Of a DNA stretch of 63,474 nt, positions 28,951-39,134 are shown in pieces. The notes beneath the pieces were generated by a model. That model made no database searches. It was not told the DNA's origin and saw only the letters and a list, made by a program, of their open reading frames with translations. The stretch's first letter is position 1. Every line of letters begins with the position of its first letter. The position numbers and the translations under genes were made by a program. This stretch comes from a virus (taxonomy: Duplodnaviria > Caudoviricetes): IMG/VR virus record IMGVR_UViG_3300032177_000011, positions 1-63,474 of that record, one strand, 5' to 3'.

Positions 28951-31900
28951 ATGCACATCTATAGCGTACAAGGCCCCGATAATCGTATTTATGACATAGA
29001 AGGCCCAGAGGGCGCGTCAGATGAGCAAGTTATTGGGGCATTGCAAAGTCATCTAGCAGCTACGCCCACAACGGCCCCCGTCGAAGCAGCGCCAACCTCG
29101 CTATCTGACGTAGCCCTTACGGGATTACAAAGCTTAGTGGGGTCGGGCAAATCAATGCTGCAAGGCTTTGGTGCAGAGGTTGCTCCTGCCGAATCGTTAG
29201 ACGAACTGCAGAAGTGGCTGGGGTCGAAGATGACCCCGGAGCGCCAAGCGGAGCTTAAACGCCAATCGGAAGCGACCAAAGCCGCGGCCAAGTCGGGCAG
29301 CATAGGGCAGGAGATAGCTACTGCGGGTAAGAATATTGCAGCGGCGCCGATACTCACGGCTACGCAAGGTATTGGTTCGTCCGCGCTTCCTGTTGTATTG
29401 GGTCTGGGGGCTACGGCTCTTGGGGCGTCCTTAGGTGCTCCGGTGGCGCTGGCTGCTGCAGTGGGTATTGGCGCTAAGTATGCGCTGGGTGCGCTGCAAG
29501 GTGCTGGTGAAGTTAAGGGTAACATCTACGAGGAAGTTCAAAAAGAACTCGTAGCTAAAGGCGTACCCAAAGAAGCTGCTAAACAGCAAGCTCTAGCGTC
29601 CCAAGAATACTTGGGCAAAAACTGGGGTGGTATTTTGGCTGCGGGGGGTATAGGTGCCGTTGCCGGAGGTACGGGCCTCGAGAAAAACCTAACGGGCTTG
29701 TTCGGCAAGAAGACTGCCGAAGAAATTGCCAAAGATACTGCGCGTAAGGCTGCTGCAGGTTATGGGACTCGCGTTGGGGCCGCTGCCCTTAAAGAAGCAG
29801 TACCGGAGGCCATCCAAAGCGGGCAAGCCCGGGGCGCTACCAACATCGCCTTGACTGAAGCGGGGGTACCTACACCCACAATGCAAGGTATTGCAGGAGA
29901 AGCAACTACCGGAGCCCTCTCGGGAGCTTTGGCTGCGGGGCCTGTTAGTGCTTATACCGAACGCGGAGGCCCTGCGGGTCCTGCAGCGCCGACTAAACCC
30001 ACTGCGGGGCGTGCACCCACTGCCCCTAGATATTCTGCTGCGTCGGCCCCTGCTCCTGTGGCCCCTGAAGCGGCGGTACTACCTGAAGCGGCGGTACTAC
30101 CTGAAGTGGTAGCCCCTGAAGCGGAAGTGGCTCCTGAAGCGGAAGTGGCTCCTGAAGCGGCGGTAATACCTGAAGCGGCGGTAATACCTGAAGCGGTTGC
30201 TACTTTTGCCTCCGTGCTAGATACTGATGCGGTTTACAACGGCTGGAGCAATGTTCGAGATGGGTCTGACCGGGCAATAATGCGCAAACAAATGGACTAT
30301 GTGGCTAAAACCTATGGCCCAAACATCACTCCAGAAAACAAGGAATCCCTCAAACAAGACTTGTCAAAACAGTTCAAGTGGTTTCGTGCCGCCCCCCCCG
30401 CACAAAAAGATGCGGCTTTAGATACCCTGCTAACGCAAACTCCTGAAGCGGAAGTAGCCCCTGAAGCGGAAGTAGCCCCTGAAGCGGAAGTAGCCCCTGA
30501 AGCGGAAGTAGCCCCTGAAGCGGCGGTTGCTCCTGAAGTGGTAACTCCTGAAGCGGCGGTTGCTCCTGAAGCGGCGGTTGCTCCCCCAATTCCCGAGCCG
30601 ATCCTGCGCCCTGCGCCTACGGTCTACACCCCCGAGACTGCCCCTGCGGTTCTAGGCCCGGATACGTTCAAGGCGTTAGGTATCGGCCCCACTGCAGTTA
30701 TTCGTAAGGCTCCCATTGTGGGGTTGGATATCACTGATCCTGCTAGTGCTGCGCAGATCAAACGTGACTTGGAGATGTACCGGGAAGGTCGAAGCGAAGG
30801 AATTCAGGCTAAGATTGACCGCTATCTAGCCCGTCCTGAATTCAAAGCTGTACCTTCGGAGCCCGTCAATGTACAACCCCCTCTCCCTGCGTCACCTCCA
30901 ACTGTCCAAGCCACTGAGCCCGGAGGAAGTCAGCCTAGCGTGGAAGTACCTGTTCAACCTGTCGAACCTGCCCGACCAGCATCCGTTCAGCCCGCCGCAG
31001 CCGCGGCCCCCGCGAAGCCTGCGGAAACTGTCGGACTCGGACTGGCACCTGCTGGACCTCCTACTAGCACAGGAACTGAGGCTAAAGGAACAACTCCCGC
31101 TGCACTGACTAAGGACACGGCTATTGCAGGATTACAAGCCCGGATCGACAACGCCGGTACGAAACCTGCGGCCCGCAAGGAAGCTGCCGATACGATTGCG
31201 CTGCTGAACGATCCTACGGAGAACGAGACCCAAGAAGATAAAGCCGGTAACTTACGGTTAGCAGCCAAAGTATTAGGGCGCACTGCAGTCGAAACTCCGA
31301 CTAAAACTGCAGAACCTGCGACAAAACCAAAAGCTCCTGAAGGTGGAATGTTTGGCGCTTTGGTTAAACCCGGAACACCCGATATTGCTCAAGAGGAAGC
31401 TCCTACAAAAGCTCCCAAGAAAGCCCCTAAGCAGGCCCGGGCTGTTGACTTTACTACTGAGGAAGCCAAGGCAGAGGCTAAGGCCGAAGCTGCTGCGGTA
31501 AAAGCCGCACGTATTAGAGCCGATCAGGTTAAACGACAAGCGGCAGCACTAGCTAAGAAGTCAAAGAAACAGCAGGGGAAGATACTGTTCGGAGCGCCAA
31601 AAGCTCCTCCCGCTAAACCCCAAGCTGCGCAAGACGCGGCAGATACGCTGGCTGCAATGGGCCGCACGTTGCCTGCCGAAGATACCCGTAGCTTGCCGGA
31701 GCGCGTCAAAGACGCCGTGGCGGACTTTATGCCAAAGCGTAAGGGAACGGAAAGCTGGACTACTACGTTTGTCAATATGGCGTCGGACGCCCTTGACGCT
31801 AGTGAGCCGCTGATGCGGGCAGTTCGTGAGGAAGCCCGAGCTACCATGCCTGAAGGCGAAGCTACAGACCTGCTGATGCAGTTGAGCCAGTCTCAAGCAT

Positions 31901-34356
31901 CCCATGCAAGCTCCTTGGCGGACTCCGCACTGCAGACAGGGGGACTTAAATACAACCCTGAAACGTACAAATTTCAAACTACAAAGTCTGAGGCCAATAC
32001 AAACGCTATAAATGCTGAGTATGGCGCGATGATGCGGGAGTACGGGCTCACGTTGCCAGAAGCCCGGTACTACGCAAGCACTGCACTCGAGTCTAAGCGT
32101 ATGGATGCCTTGTATAAGGTACGCGACAAAATGCTGGCGGATGCCGCTACGCTAACAGCTACGGGTAAGAAAGATGGAGCCAAGAAACTCCGGGATAAAG
32201 CAGAGGCGCTTGTGTTCCACATGGAGCCTGACCAAGTTAAAGAGGGCTTGAAGCTATTCCAGACAATGCCAGAGATTCAAAAGATTGATGACATTAAGCA
32301 GGAGATGCGTAGCTGGATTCGGGATCTCTTGCAGAAGACGGGGGTCTGGTCCGAGGAGCACGGGCAGTGGATGCTGGACAACGCGGAATGGGTCCCCTTC
32401 AACCGTGAGTTTACGGATAAAGAAACCATTGCGTCGGGCTTTAACAAGTACGTAAAAGGCTTACAGGTAAAAGCTAAAGAGCAGGCCTTCAAAGGTTCCA
32501 TGCGGGAAGTGCATGACGTGGTGGACAACTTCAGTAATTGGGCTGCGTACAGTGTGCGTAGCGCAATCGCTAACCAGAAAGCGCAGGAGCTTGCACAAGC
32601 ATCCCTAGAGTTCCTGCCTGATACGGAAGTCCGCCGTGTAGATACACCTGCAAAGGGTGCCTCAGATCGGACCATCTCGTATCTGGAGAACGGTACTACC
32701 AAGTATTTAGAGTTTGAGAGCGCGGCCAAAGCAGGGGTCTTCCGGGGCATGGAGTCTTTTGGGCGCTCCACCCTGCCGTTTATTGGCGGTATGTTGGACT
32801 GGACGAACAATGTGTTCCGGGCTTCCATCACAAACTTTCCCCTGTTCCCGCTGTACCAGCTTCCGATGGATGCCATTAGCGCGGTGTTTATATCCGGGCT
32901 GAAACCAAAGTACGCCTTCAAAATACCGCTAACTGCAGTCGCAGAAGCAGTACGTACTATGACGGGCGCAAGCCAAGCACGGGAGACGCTGAAAGAATAC
33001 GGGGCGGTAGGCGTGAGCGACTACAACGCTATGCTTAATCGTACTAATGCGGAGGCTAATGCAGGGTTACAGAAGTTGTCTACATGGGCCAAGTATCAGA
33101 ACCTCATGCAGAACATCAATATGGGGGCTGATAATGCCGTGCGTCAGGCGGTATACCTTGCTGCTAGGGATGCGGGGCTTACCGAAGCTGAAGCAGTTGA
33201 AAAAGCCTTTGAGATTATTAACTTCCGCACGCGGTTAGGTAGCGCAGGGCTAACGCAAGTAGCGCGGAACATTGTGTTCTTCAACTCCTTTTTAGCGGCA
33301 TCTCGGGCGGCATTGAAAGTAGTTAGCGGAGAGGGTATCTCCCCTGCCGATAGAGCCCAAGCTAAAAAATCACTGCTTAGTAATATGGCATGGCTAGCGG
33401 GAATATCGTTCCTAATGGCTGCGGCTAACGTAGGCGATGAAGATTACGAAAAAATGTCCCGTGTTGAGCAAGCTTCCAAGCTGACACTTCCCGGTATGCA
33501 CGGGTGGGGCATCCCCATGCGGCCCGATATCTTTACGCTGCCTAAGTTCTTTGCGGAAACATTGTTTCGCCAGTTTGCTAGCAAATATTCAGACGACCCC
33601 GCAAAACTTAAGGCGACCGTTAAGGACGTAGTTCTTAGCGCACTAATCTCTGGCCCCCTGCCGGCTCCGCAAGCCCTTAAAGTTGGGGTTGAACTTGCTA
33701 CAAACTACAGTTTCTTTACCCAACGTCCTATTGTCGGACTGGGTTTGGAGAAACAAGAAAGCTACCTGCAGTCTTCTGCATCTACTAGTGAGGCTTCCAA
33801 GTTTATCGGGGAGACCTCTAAGCGGTTACTAGAGTCCGCAGGTATTGAGTCGCAAGGTATCTCCCCAATCAAGCTTGACTACTTCTTACGCGGAATGCTG
33901 GGTATGTACGGCGGGGCCGTAATGTTAATGTCCAATAGCCTTGTAGGTAACAAGCCTTCGGAGTCTTTGCCAGATACGTTAGCCTCAGTACCCGGTATGA
34001 GCCGGATCGCGGTTAAAGAGTTTGACTCGCAGATCAAAAACGACTTTTACGATCTGGCTAAACGAGTAGATACTGCGGTTACTACCCTGCGTAGACTGGA
34101 GAGCACCGGTAAAATTCCGGAAGCCCGTGCGTACCAAGAGAAGAACCTCAAACTCTTAAAATATCAAGCGTCCGTAAGCGACATACAAGATGAACTTGGT
34201 AAAATTAGAGCCGCGATATCTCAAATTAGCGCATTGCCGGATGATAAAAAAGGCGGGCGTGAGAAAGAAATCCGTAGGCTGCGGATAGTGGAGCGTCAGT
34301 TTCTTCAGCGATATGAATCGCTTATCAAAGAGATGCGGACCAAAGCCTTAGGCTAG
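28951..34356 (+). CDS. Large (1801 aa) internal virion/ejection protein, large-polyvalent-protein-like C-terminus
   Basis: Last gene of virion arm; PEAEVA repeats; NYSFFTQRPIVG...SPIKLDYFLRGMLG resembles LPD38-type domains. Confidence 0.7.
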   Translation: MHIYSVQGPDNRIYDIEGPEGASDEQVIGALQSHLAATPTTAPVEAAPTSLSDVALTGLQSLVGSGKSMLQGFGAEVAPAESLDELQKWLGSKMTPERQAELKRQSEATKAAAKSGSIGQEIATAGKNIAAAPILTATQGIGSSALPVVLGLGATALGASLGAPVALAAAVGIGAKYALGALQGAGEVKGNIYEEVQKELVAKGVPKEAAKQQALASQEYLGKNWGGILAAGGIGAVAGGTGLEKNLTGLFGKKTAEEIAKDTARKAAAGYGTRVGAAALKEAVPEAIQSGQARGATNIALTEAGVPTPTMQGIAGEATTGALSGALAAGPVSAYTERGGPAGPAAPTKPTAGRAPTAPRYSAASAPAPVAPEAAVLPEAAVLPEVVAPEAEVAPEAEVAPEAAVIPEAAVIPEAVATFASVLDTDAVYNGWSNVRDGSDRAIMRKQMDYVAKTYGPNITPENKESLKQDLSKQFKWFRAAPPAQKDAALDTLLTQTPEAEVAPEAEVAPEAEVAPEAEVAPEAAVAPEVVTPEAAVAPEAAVAPPIPEPILRPAPTVYTPETAPAVLGPDTFKALGIGPTAVIRKAPIVGLDITDPASAAQIKRDLEMYREGRSEGIQAKIDRYLARPEFKAVPSEPVNVQPPLPASPPTVQATEPGGSQPSVEVPVQPVEPARPASVQPAAAAAPAKPAETVGLGLAPAGPPTSTGTEAKGTTPAALTKDTAIAGLQARIDNAGTKPAARKEAADTIALLNDPTENETQEDKAGNLRLAAKVLGRTAVETPTKTAEPATKPKAPEGGMFGALVKPGTPDIAQEEAPTKAPKKAPKQARAVDFTTEEAKAEAKAEAAAVKAARIRADQVKRQAAALAKKSKKQQGKILFGAPKAPPAKPQAAQDAADTLAAMGRTLPAEDTRSLPERVKDAVADFMPKRKGTESWTTTFVNMASDALDASEPLMRAVREEARATMPEGEATDLLMQLSQSQASHASSLADSALQTGGLKYNPETYKFQTTKSEANTNAINAEYGAMMREYGLTLPEARYYASTALESKRMDALYKVRDKMLADAATLTATGKKDGAKKLRDKAEALVFHMEPDQVKEGLKLFQTMPEIQKIDDIKQEMRSWIRDLLQKTGVWSEEHGQWMLDNAEWVPFNREFTDKETIASGFNKYVKGLQVKAKEQAFKGSMREVHDVVDNFSNWAAYSVRSAIANQKAQELAQASLEFLPDTEVRRVDTPAKGASDRTISYLENGTTKYLEFESAAKAGVFRGMESFGRSTLPFIGGMLDWTNNVFRASITNFPLFPLYQLPMDAISAVFISGLKPKYAFKIPLTAVAEAVRTMTGASQARETLKEYGAVGVSDYNAMLNRTNAEANAGLQKLSTWAKYQNLMQNINMGADNAVRQAVYLAARDAGLTEAEAVEKAFEIINFRTRLGSAGLTQVARNIVFFNSFLAASRAALKVVSGEGISPADRAQAKKSLLSNMAWLAGISFLMAAANVGDEDYEKMSRVEQASKLTLPGMHGWGIPMRPDIFTLPKFFAETLFRQFASKYSDDPAKLKATVKDVVLSALISGPLPAPQALKVGVELATNYSFFTQRPIVGLGLEKQESYLQSSASTSEASKFIGETSKRLLESAGIESQGISPIKLDYFLRGMLGMYGGAVMLMSNSLVGNKPSESLPDTLASVPGMSRIAVKEFDSQIKNDFYDLAKRVDTAVTTLRRLESTGKIPEARAYQEKNLKLLKYQASVSDIQDELGKIRAAISQISALPDDKKGGREKEIRRLRIVERQFLQRYESLIKEMRTKALG
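30869..31108 (+). CDS. Candidate overprinted 79-aa gene nested in the +1 frame of the 1801-aa gene
   Basis: GGAG 30858-61, 7 nt before ATG; helical protein-like sequence overlying a low-complexity linker of the host frame. Confidence 0.45.
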   Translation: MYNPLSLRHLQLSKPLSPEEVSLAWKYLFNLSNLPDQHPFSPPQPRPPRSLRKLSDSDWHLLDLLLAQELRLKEQLPLH

Positions 34357-34587
34357 TCGCCAGATACGCACACCGTAGTAGCCAAACTCTACGCGGTTGT
34401 GCGCTTTCAAGAGGATTCGGAAGTGGCGTTCCGCAGGCTTCAGCAACTTGCGGACTTCACTCGCGGTTGCGGTAGTCTTAAGGAATACTGAATACCCGGG
34501 AAGTAATCCCTCCCACGGTATGTAGTACGGTACTCCGTAGACATGGATGAACCGAACCGAGTCAGGGATTAGATAGGGCCGCGCCAT
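34348..34587 (-). CDS. Small protein (possible DNA-binding)
   Basis: W..L.PG.S.F...GVRIWR pattern; overlaps primase end; converges on virion arm. Confidence 0.65.
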   Translation of the reverse strand: MARPYLIPDSVRFIHVYGVPYYIPWEGLLPGYSVFLKTTATASEVRKLLKPAERHFRILLKAHNRVEFGYYGVRIWRLA

Positions 34588-37447
34588 TGTCTACTGCAAA
34601 AGTCGTATCGGTTAAGCCCACTGCTATACCGTCAATGCAATAGCAGCGAATACCCATAGCGTCGAAACTTCCGATAGCCCCCGCCCCGATCCGCTTTGTC
34701 ATTGCAGCCCCGCCATTCTTGAGCACCTTGCGCTCCGCAAGCTCTTTGATAGCCTGCTGGAAGTCAACCTGCCGGGACACAAAATAGTCCTTAAGCGCCG
34801 CCGCAGGTATCCACAACTCACGAGTATCCGGCTCATACCGAATACGCAGTGGGCCGCGTGGGGATTGCGTAGGGGCGCTTAGGTTGCCCAAGGTACGAGC
34901 GCCGTTGATGACCAGTGCATTGTTCAGGTTCTCGTTAACGTAAGTAGTCAGCGTTTCCTGTGCAGCCAAGGTGTTGTCTGCTGCGGGTGCAATGATGTCG
35001 GCCCGGATGTCGGTAATAACGTGCAACGCATAGGTGTATACCCGAGAGATACTGATAGCACACAAGCCTAGCTTCACCGCAATGCTGAGCCCCGTAAAGG
35101 CGCAGGCCAACACGATAGAGTAGAACCGATCCGCTTGCGTAAGGCTCAAGTCATTGTCTATGCGGGACTGAATCTTCTTAAGCTGCGCAATAACCTTTTC
35201 CCGGTTCTGCATAACGTATTGGATGAATACAGGACCCGCAACCCCGTAGTTATCTGCCAACGCTCCAAAGATAAGGTCTGACTCCTGTTTGCTGATATCG
35301 GCAGGGCGGTTAACCCGAAGCTCAATAAGCCTACGCAGTTCGCCGTCAGAGGTATTCTTGAGGCGGGTCAACTTGTCGTACAGCGACGAGTTACTGGACA
35401 TAATCACGAAGGTCATCCATGATGTGTTGTTTACGCGCAACTTGTTTGTCTGCGACTCCATACGATTCTTGCCCCGCCCCTGCGGGATATCGTAGATCAA
35501 CTCGGACAGTTCCTCGTCCCCGTAGTTGGTAACCTCATCCATAGTCGCAGCCATGCTGTTCAGCGTACCAAGCCATTGCATCTTGGATACACCCGTGTCA
35601 GTCTTCTTCATCAACAATTCGCTGGGGTGCCCGAATATGGAATTGATGACCATCTGCGCGGTAGTCTTGCCGGTACCTGACTTATTGGACATCAAGTTAA
35701 TGGCCGCACCTCGCACCTCCATACCGCCAATGAGCCGCAGGAGTGGAGCCCCAAACCCAAAGGCAAGGGAGAGTGCATGGGCTTCCATGCCCGGACGGTC
35801 GTAGAAGTTGGCAATCGTAGACCACTTAGCCAGCGTACCCTTTGCCATTAACTTGGGGGCCATTGCTTTAGTCGCGCTAGCTGCGGGGGCAAGACGTATC
35901 CCGTGCGCTGTGTACTCCAACTCACCAACAACGAAGCCACTGTCGTCCGGGGTCCATCCCATCTGGTTGCGGGTGCGGTCAGATGCAAACGACTTCTGCA
36001 AATTGCGAATCGACGCTGCGAGATAGGCCATGATGTTATCCAGTTCTTTGTTGATCGCTACTACCCCGTGCTTGAGTAGCAGGTCACGCATTTTTTCTTT
36101 GGTTAGTAAGTGGGCTACGGGGGCAATGAAACGGCGAATACCATCGTGCGGGGTATGCAGGTTCACACCTACAAGCTCCCCCTCGCCATCTCCTTGCTCT
36201 GAGGAGTCGTAAAACCGTGAGGATAGATATAGGTCGTACTTGTAGATTTCTACTTCTATCGGGTCGCCTGATTCCTTGTCTTTGCTCTTGAGGTAGACCC
36301 CACCATGTAAACCCCGAAAGTACGGGAATGGGTATGCTGGGATTTCGACTTGGACTTTTGTATCGGCCCCTATCTCTGCGTTGTCTGGGTTCAACTGCTG
36401 CTCAACGATGTACACATCATTGATGGCTTCTGCGGCTTCTACCTTGCGGCCCAAGGCAATAGGGCTTGTGATGCGTTGCGTACACCCTGCGCACCCTGCG
36501 CTGTAGTTAGAGCGGTACCACTCACAAGTCATAGGCCCCTGCGTGCCCTCGGCTTTCTGCAACGTGCCTTCCGCGGTGTACCCGGGGTGCCCGCGAGACA
36601 AGGTATGGATAGAAGTCTCAGCGTCTGTACAGCGCCATGCGATAGACAGTGCGGCCCTCCACAAAGGCTCTTCCAAGGTAGCGCTGTTCTGCACCGCGTT
36701 GGATATCTGAGCGCAGCCTGTGCCCCGCAAGCTGCGGCGTACGATCCGGGAGAATTCTGACGCAGGGTAATCGCCCCCTGCAAGAGCGCGGGTCATGGCA
36801 TCGACGCCCTCACCCTTAGCAGCGGACCAATCAATCTCTTCCACTATCGGGGGCATCACGGCTTTGAGCGTAGCCAGATCGCTGACTACTCCCTCTACCA
36901 TGAGCAAGACTGGCACTGCCGGGGTAACCTTGTGGTTAGCTGTATCCACCATGCGCAGAACCCGGGCAGGGTCCGCGGTCACGCTCAGGTCAATCGCCAG
37001 CTTGTGCTCTACACAAAGTTGTTTGAAAGCGCGGGCTAAGGGTTTCCACGTAGCCGTAGTAAGGACTTCATGGAACGGCCAGTAAACATGCAGTCCACGG
37101 CCTGAGTTAACTATATAGGGAGTAGGTAGCCCTGTGGTAGCAATGAACGCCCGAAGTGCGGCAGCGCCTTCAGCCTGATCTTCGTAGGGCTTACCCTCGC
37201 CACAGTCTATATCTACAAAAAGGCAGCGTAGCGCCTTCGCGTTTGCTGCCTTGCGGCCCTCTGCGGCATCGGTGTATGCAGCCAGAGCAAAGAATACGTT
37301 GGTGTCCTGTGCGTGTAGCACATTGCCCCGGTCAACGAGGTCTTGGATGGTTGGGTGGAAACTAGGGACTACGGTCCCGTTTTTAATGCTTAAAGCACAG
37401 TACAAGCCTTCAGGAGGCAATACAGCATGATAGAAGGAAATATTCAC
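34562..37447 (-). CDS. Primase-helicase (RepB/AEP-like primase plus DUF927-type helicase)
   Basis: FVDIDC, NSGRGLHVYW, Cys cluster, Walker A SGTGKTT, Walker B TMDE, GRGKNRM. Confidence 0.85.
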   Translation of the reverse strand: MNISFYHAVLPPEGLYCALSIKNGTVVPSFHPTIQDLVDRGNVLHAQDTNVFFALAAYTDAAEGRKAANAKALRCLFVDIDCGEGKPYEDQAEGAAALRAFIATTGLPTPYIVNSGRGLHVYWPFHEVLTTATWKPLARAFKQLCVEHKLAIDLSVTADPARVLRMVDTANHKVTPAVPVLLMVEGVVSDLATLKAVMPPIVEEIDWSAAKGEGVDAMTRALAGGDYPASEFSRIVRRSLRGTGCAQISNAVQNSATLEEPLWRAALSIAWRCTDAETSIHTLSRGHPGYTAEGTLQKAEGTQGPMTCEWYRSNYSAGCAGCTQRITSPIALGRKVEAAEAINDVYIVEQQLNPDNAEIGADTKVQVEIPAYPFPYFRGLHGGVYLKSKDKESGDPIEVEIYKYDLYLSSRFYDSSEQGDGEGELVGVNLHTPHDGIRRFIAPVAHLLTKEKMRDLLLKHGVVAINKELDNIMAYLAASIRNLQKSFASDRTRNQMGWTPDDSGFVVGELEYTAHGIRLAPAASATKAMAPKLMAKGTLAKWSTIANFYDRPGMEAHALSLAFGFGAPLLRLIGGMEVRGAAINLMSNKSGTGKTTAQMVINSIFGHPSELLMKKTDTGVSKMQWLGTLNSMAATMDEVTNYGDEELSELIYDIPQGRGKNRMESQTNKLRVNNTSWMTFVIMSSNSSLYDKLTRLKNTSDGELRRLIELRVNRPADISKQESDLIFGALADNYGVAGPVFIQYVMQNREKVIAQLKKIQSRIDNDLSLTQADRFYSIVLACAFTGLSIAVKLGLCAISISRVYTYALHVITDIRADIIAPAADNTLAAQETLTTYVNENLNNALVINGARTLGNLSAPTQSPRGPLRIRYEPDTRELWIPAAALKDYFVSRQVDFQQAIKELAERKVLKNGGAAMTKRIGAGAIGSFDAMGIRCYCIDGIAVGLTDTTFAVDNGAALSNP

Positions 37448-37546
37448 ACATCCTCACGGTCGGGATAAATTGGGTAAAAGGTGGGGCAGCGGCCCGTGTT
37501 CCGCTTTGTCGAGAAGGGATCAGCTTCTCCTAGCCCCGGGACGGGA

Positions 37547-37795
37547 TTATGCCTGTGCTTTAGGCGGACCCGTCATAAAACTATTTATTTTCTCAATGAG
37601 CTCTCCCCGGGGCCGAAAGGTTCCTGTGAACCATGAGTACACAGTCTGCCTAGTTACCCCTAGGGTACGCGCCACCGCGGCAACAGGAATCTCATGATGC
37701 AGGCAGTAGTCGGCAAGCTGAACCCCCAAGAGGGCGGGGTCCGCCGCTTGAATCGCTTTCACAAGCGAATACGAATAACCCCGGGCATCACTCAT
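37547..37795 (-). CDS. Cro/XRE-like helix-turn-helix protein
   Basis: VAAVARTLGVTRQTVYSWFTG. Confidence 0.8.
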   Translation of the reverse strand: MSDARGYSYSLVKAIQAADPALLGVQLADYCLHHEIPVAAVARTLGVTRQTVYSWFTGTFRPRGELIEKINSFMTGPPKAQA

Positions 37796-38663
37796 CGTCA
37801 GAGCCCCACTCGTCCAACATAGCGCTCACATCCTTGGCAGGAGCCGCAACTACTTCCGGCTTCTTGGAAACCTTCTTAGGGGCGGCAGGCTCTGCTGCGG
37901 GTGCTTCAGCGGGCTTGTTGAAAGCTGCGGGGAGTGCGGCCAGTGCCGGGGTCTCCTTGATAACCATCTTGCTCTCGATAGCCTGCGCCGCGTCATCTGA
38001 AGCTCCTTGGGCGCGTGCAACTGTGAGTTCTTCCCGCGTCAACGGACGGATAGCGCGAAACTTCAGGACCGGAACTGCTTCAGAGGTATCAAAACGGGCT
38101 TCCGTAACCACGCCCGACATAGGAACACCGTGGCCTGACAGGAACTTGGCATATGCCTGCAGGGGCATCTTGTCGCCTTCAGCGCGGCCAAACAAAGACT
38201 TGGCGGGGAGTTGCAAGCGATAGACGTTACCGCTCAAGTCACCCTCAAGGGCCACTGCAAAACGCTGGCTAAAGCGGCACGCACGAGATTCGCCTTGTCC
38301 AGAACCTGCGATGTTCTGTTTGCAGGTAGCGCAGGAAGAACCTTGCGGGGCCTTAACCGTGGCGTCTGGCATTTTGCCGTCAGCAGAGAAACAGGTAGGA
38401 CTGGTACCTGCGCCTTCTTCATAAACACCTTCGTAGTACGTACGGGCCACAGCGGGGGCTGCGTTGACCACTACCAGATTCATGGCGCGGTCTTCGTTCT
38501 TGGCAACCTCTTCGCCGCCGACAATCATGCGCCACACACCGCCTTTGATGGAGATGGTCTTGCCTGTTGAGCCACCGGCAAGACGCTTGGTGAATTCATC
38601 GGGGTCAGCGCGAAGGTAGTCAGGAAGGGAAGCGCCGGATTTGAATAATGTGAGTTCAGACAT
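37788..38663 (-). CDS. Putative single-stranded DNA-binding protein
   Basis: Replication module; Cys motifs; A/P/K linker and acidic aromatic tail LDEWGSDDE. Confidence 0.65.
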   Translation of the reverse strand: MSELTLFKSGASLPDYLRADPDEFTKRLAGGSTGKTISIKGGVWRMIVGGEEVAKNEDRAMNLVVVNAAPAVARTYYEGVYEEGAGTSPTCFSADGKMPDATVKAPQGSSCATCKQNIAGSGQGESRACRFSQRFAVALEGDLSGNVYRLQLPAKSLFGRAEGDKMPLQAYAKFLSGHGVPMSGVVTEARFDTSEAVPVLKFRAIRPLTREELTVARAQGASDDAAQAIESKMVIKETPALAALPAAFNKPAEAPAAEPAAPKKVSKKPEVVAAPAKDVSAMLDEWGSDDE

Positions 38664-38670
38664 GGTATGT

Positions 38671-38684
38671 AACTAATATTAGTT
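38671..38684. promoter_or_regulatory. AACTAATATTAGTT palindrome (operator-like site)
   Basis: Perfect 14-bp palindrome 7 nt upstream of the SSB start. Confidence 0.75.
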
Positions 38685-38726
38685 GAGTTGGATTGACACG
38701 GGTAACACAGGAATGCACGGGTAGAT

Positions 38727-39134
38727 TTATTTGGTTGCTCTCCTTACGGTAACAGAATATTTGGCATCGACGTTGAGCCCTTCAGGCATCAAGCCGGGGT
38801 TATCTTGCAGGAACTGCTTCATGTTGGTCTGAGCGACACGACGCTCCAAGAGGTCTACGGCATCGTGCGCACGAATGAAGGCGTGCATAGCACTCCAGTC
38901 GCTAGTCCAGTAGCGGGTCTTCACCGTGCGGGTAAAGGAGCCGTGGGCAGTCTTGCCGCCATCTTGGCCGGTAGTCTTGCAGATGGTAAGAAGCTCAGCT
39001 TCTATAGCGTCCATCTGGGTCTCTAGGCCCGCTAAACGAGCCTCATGCTCCGCTACCATAGCGGCCTTGGCATCACGCATCTTGATATACACACGCACTA
39101 ACTTATCGGCATCGTACTTAGTTTCGTCGGTCAT
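38727..39134 (-). CDS. Replication-module hypothetical protein
   Basis: KLVRVYIKMRD...KTRYWTSDW...LLERRV; AAGGA RBS; start set at ATG 39134. Confidence 0.7.
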   Translation of the reverse strand: MTDETKYDADKLVRVYIKMRDAKAAMVAEHEARLAGLETQMDAIEAELLTICKTTGQDGGKTAHGSFTRTVKTRYWTSDWSAMHAFIRAHDAVDLLERRVAQTNMKQFLQDNPGLMPEGLNVDAKYSVTVRRATK

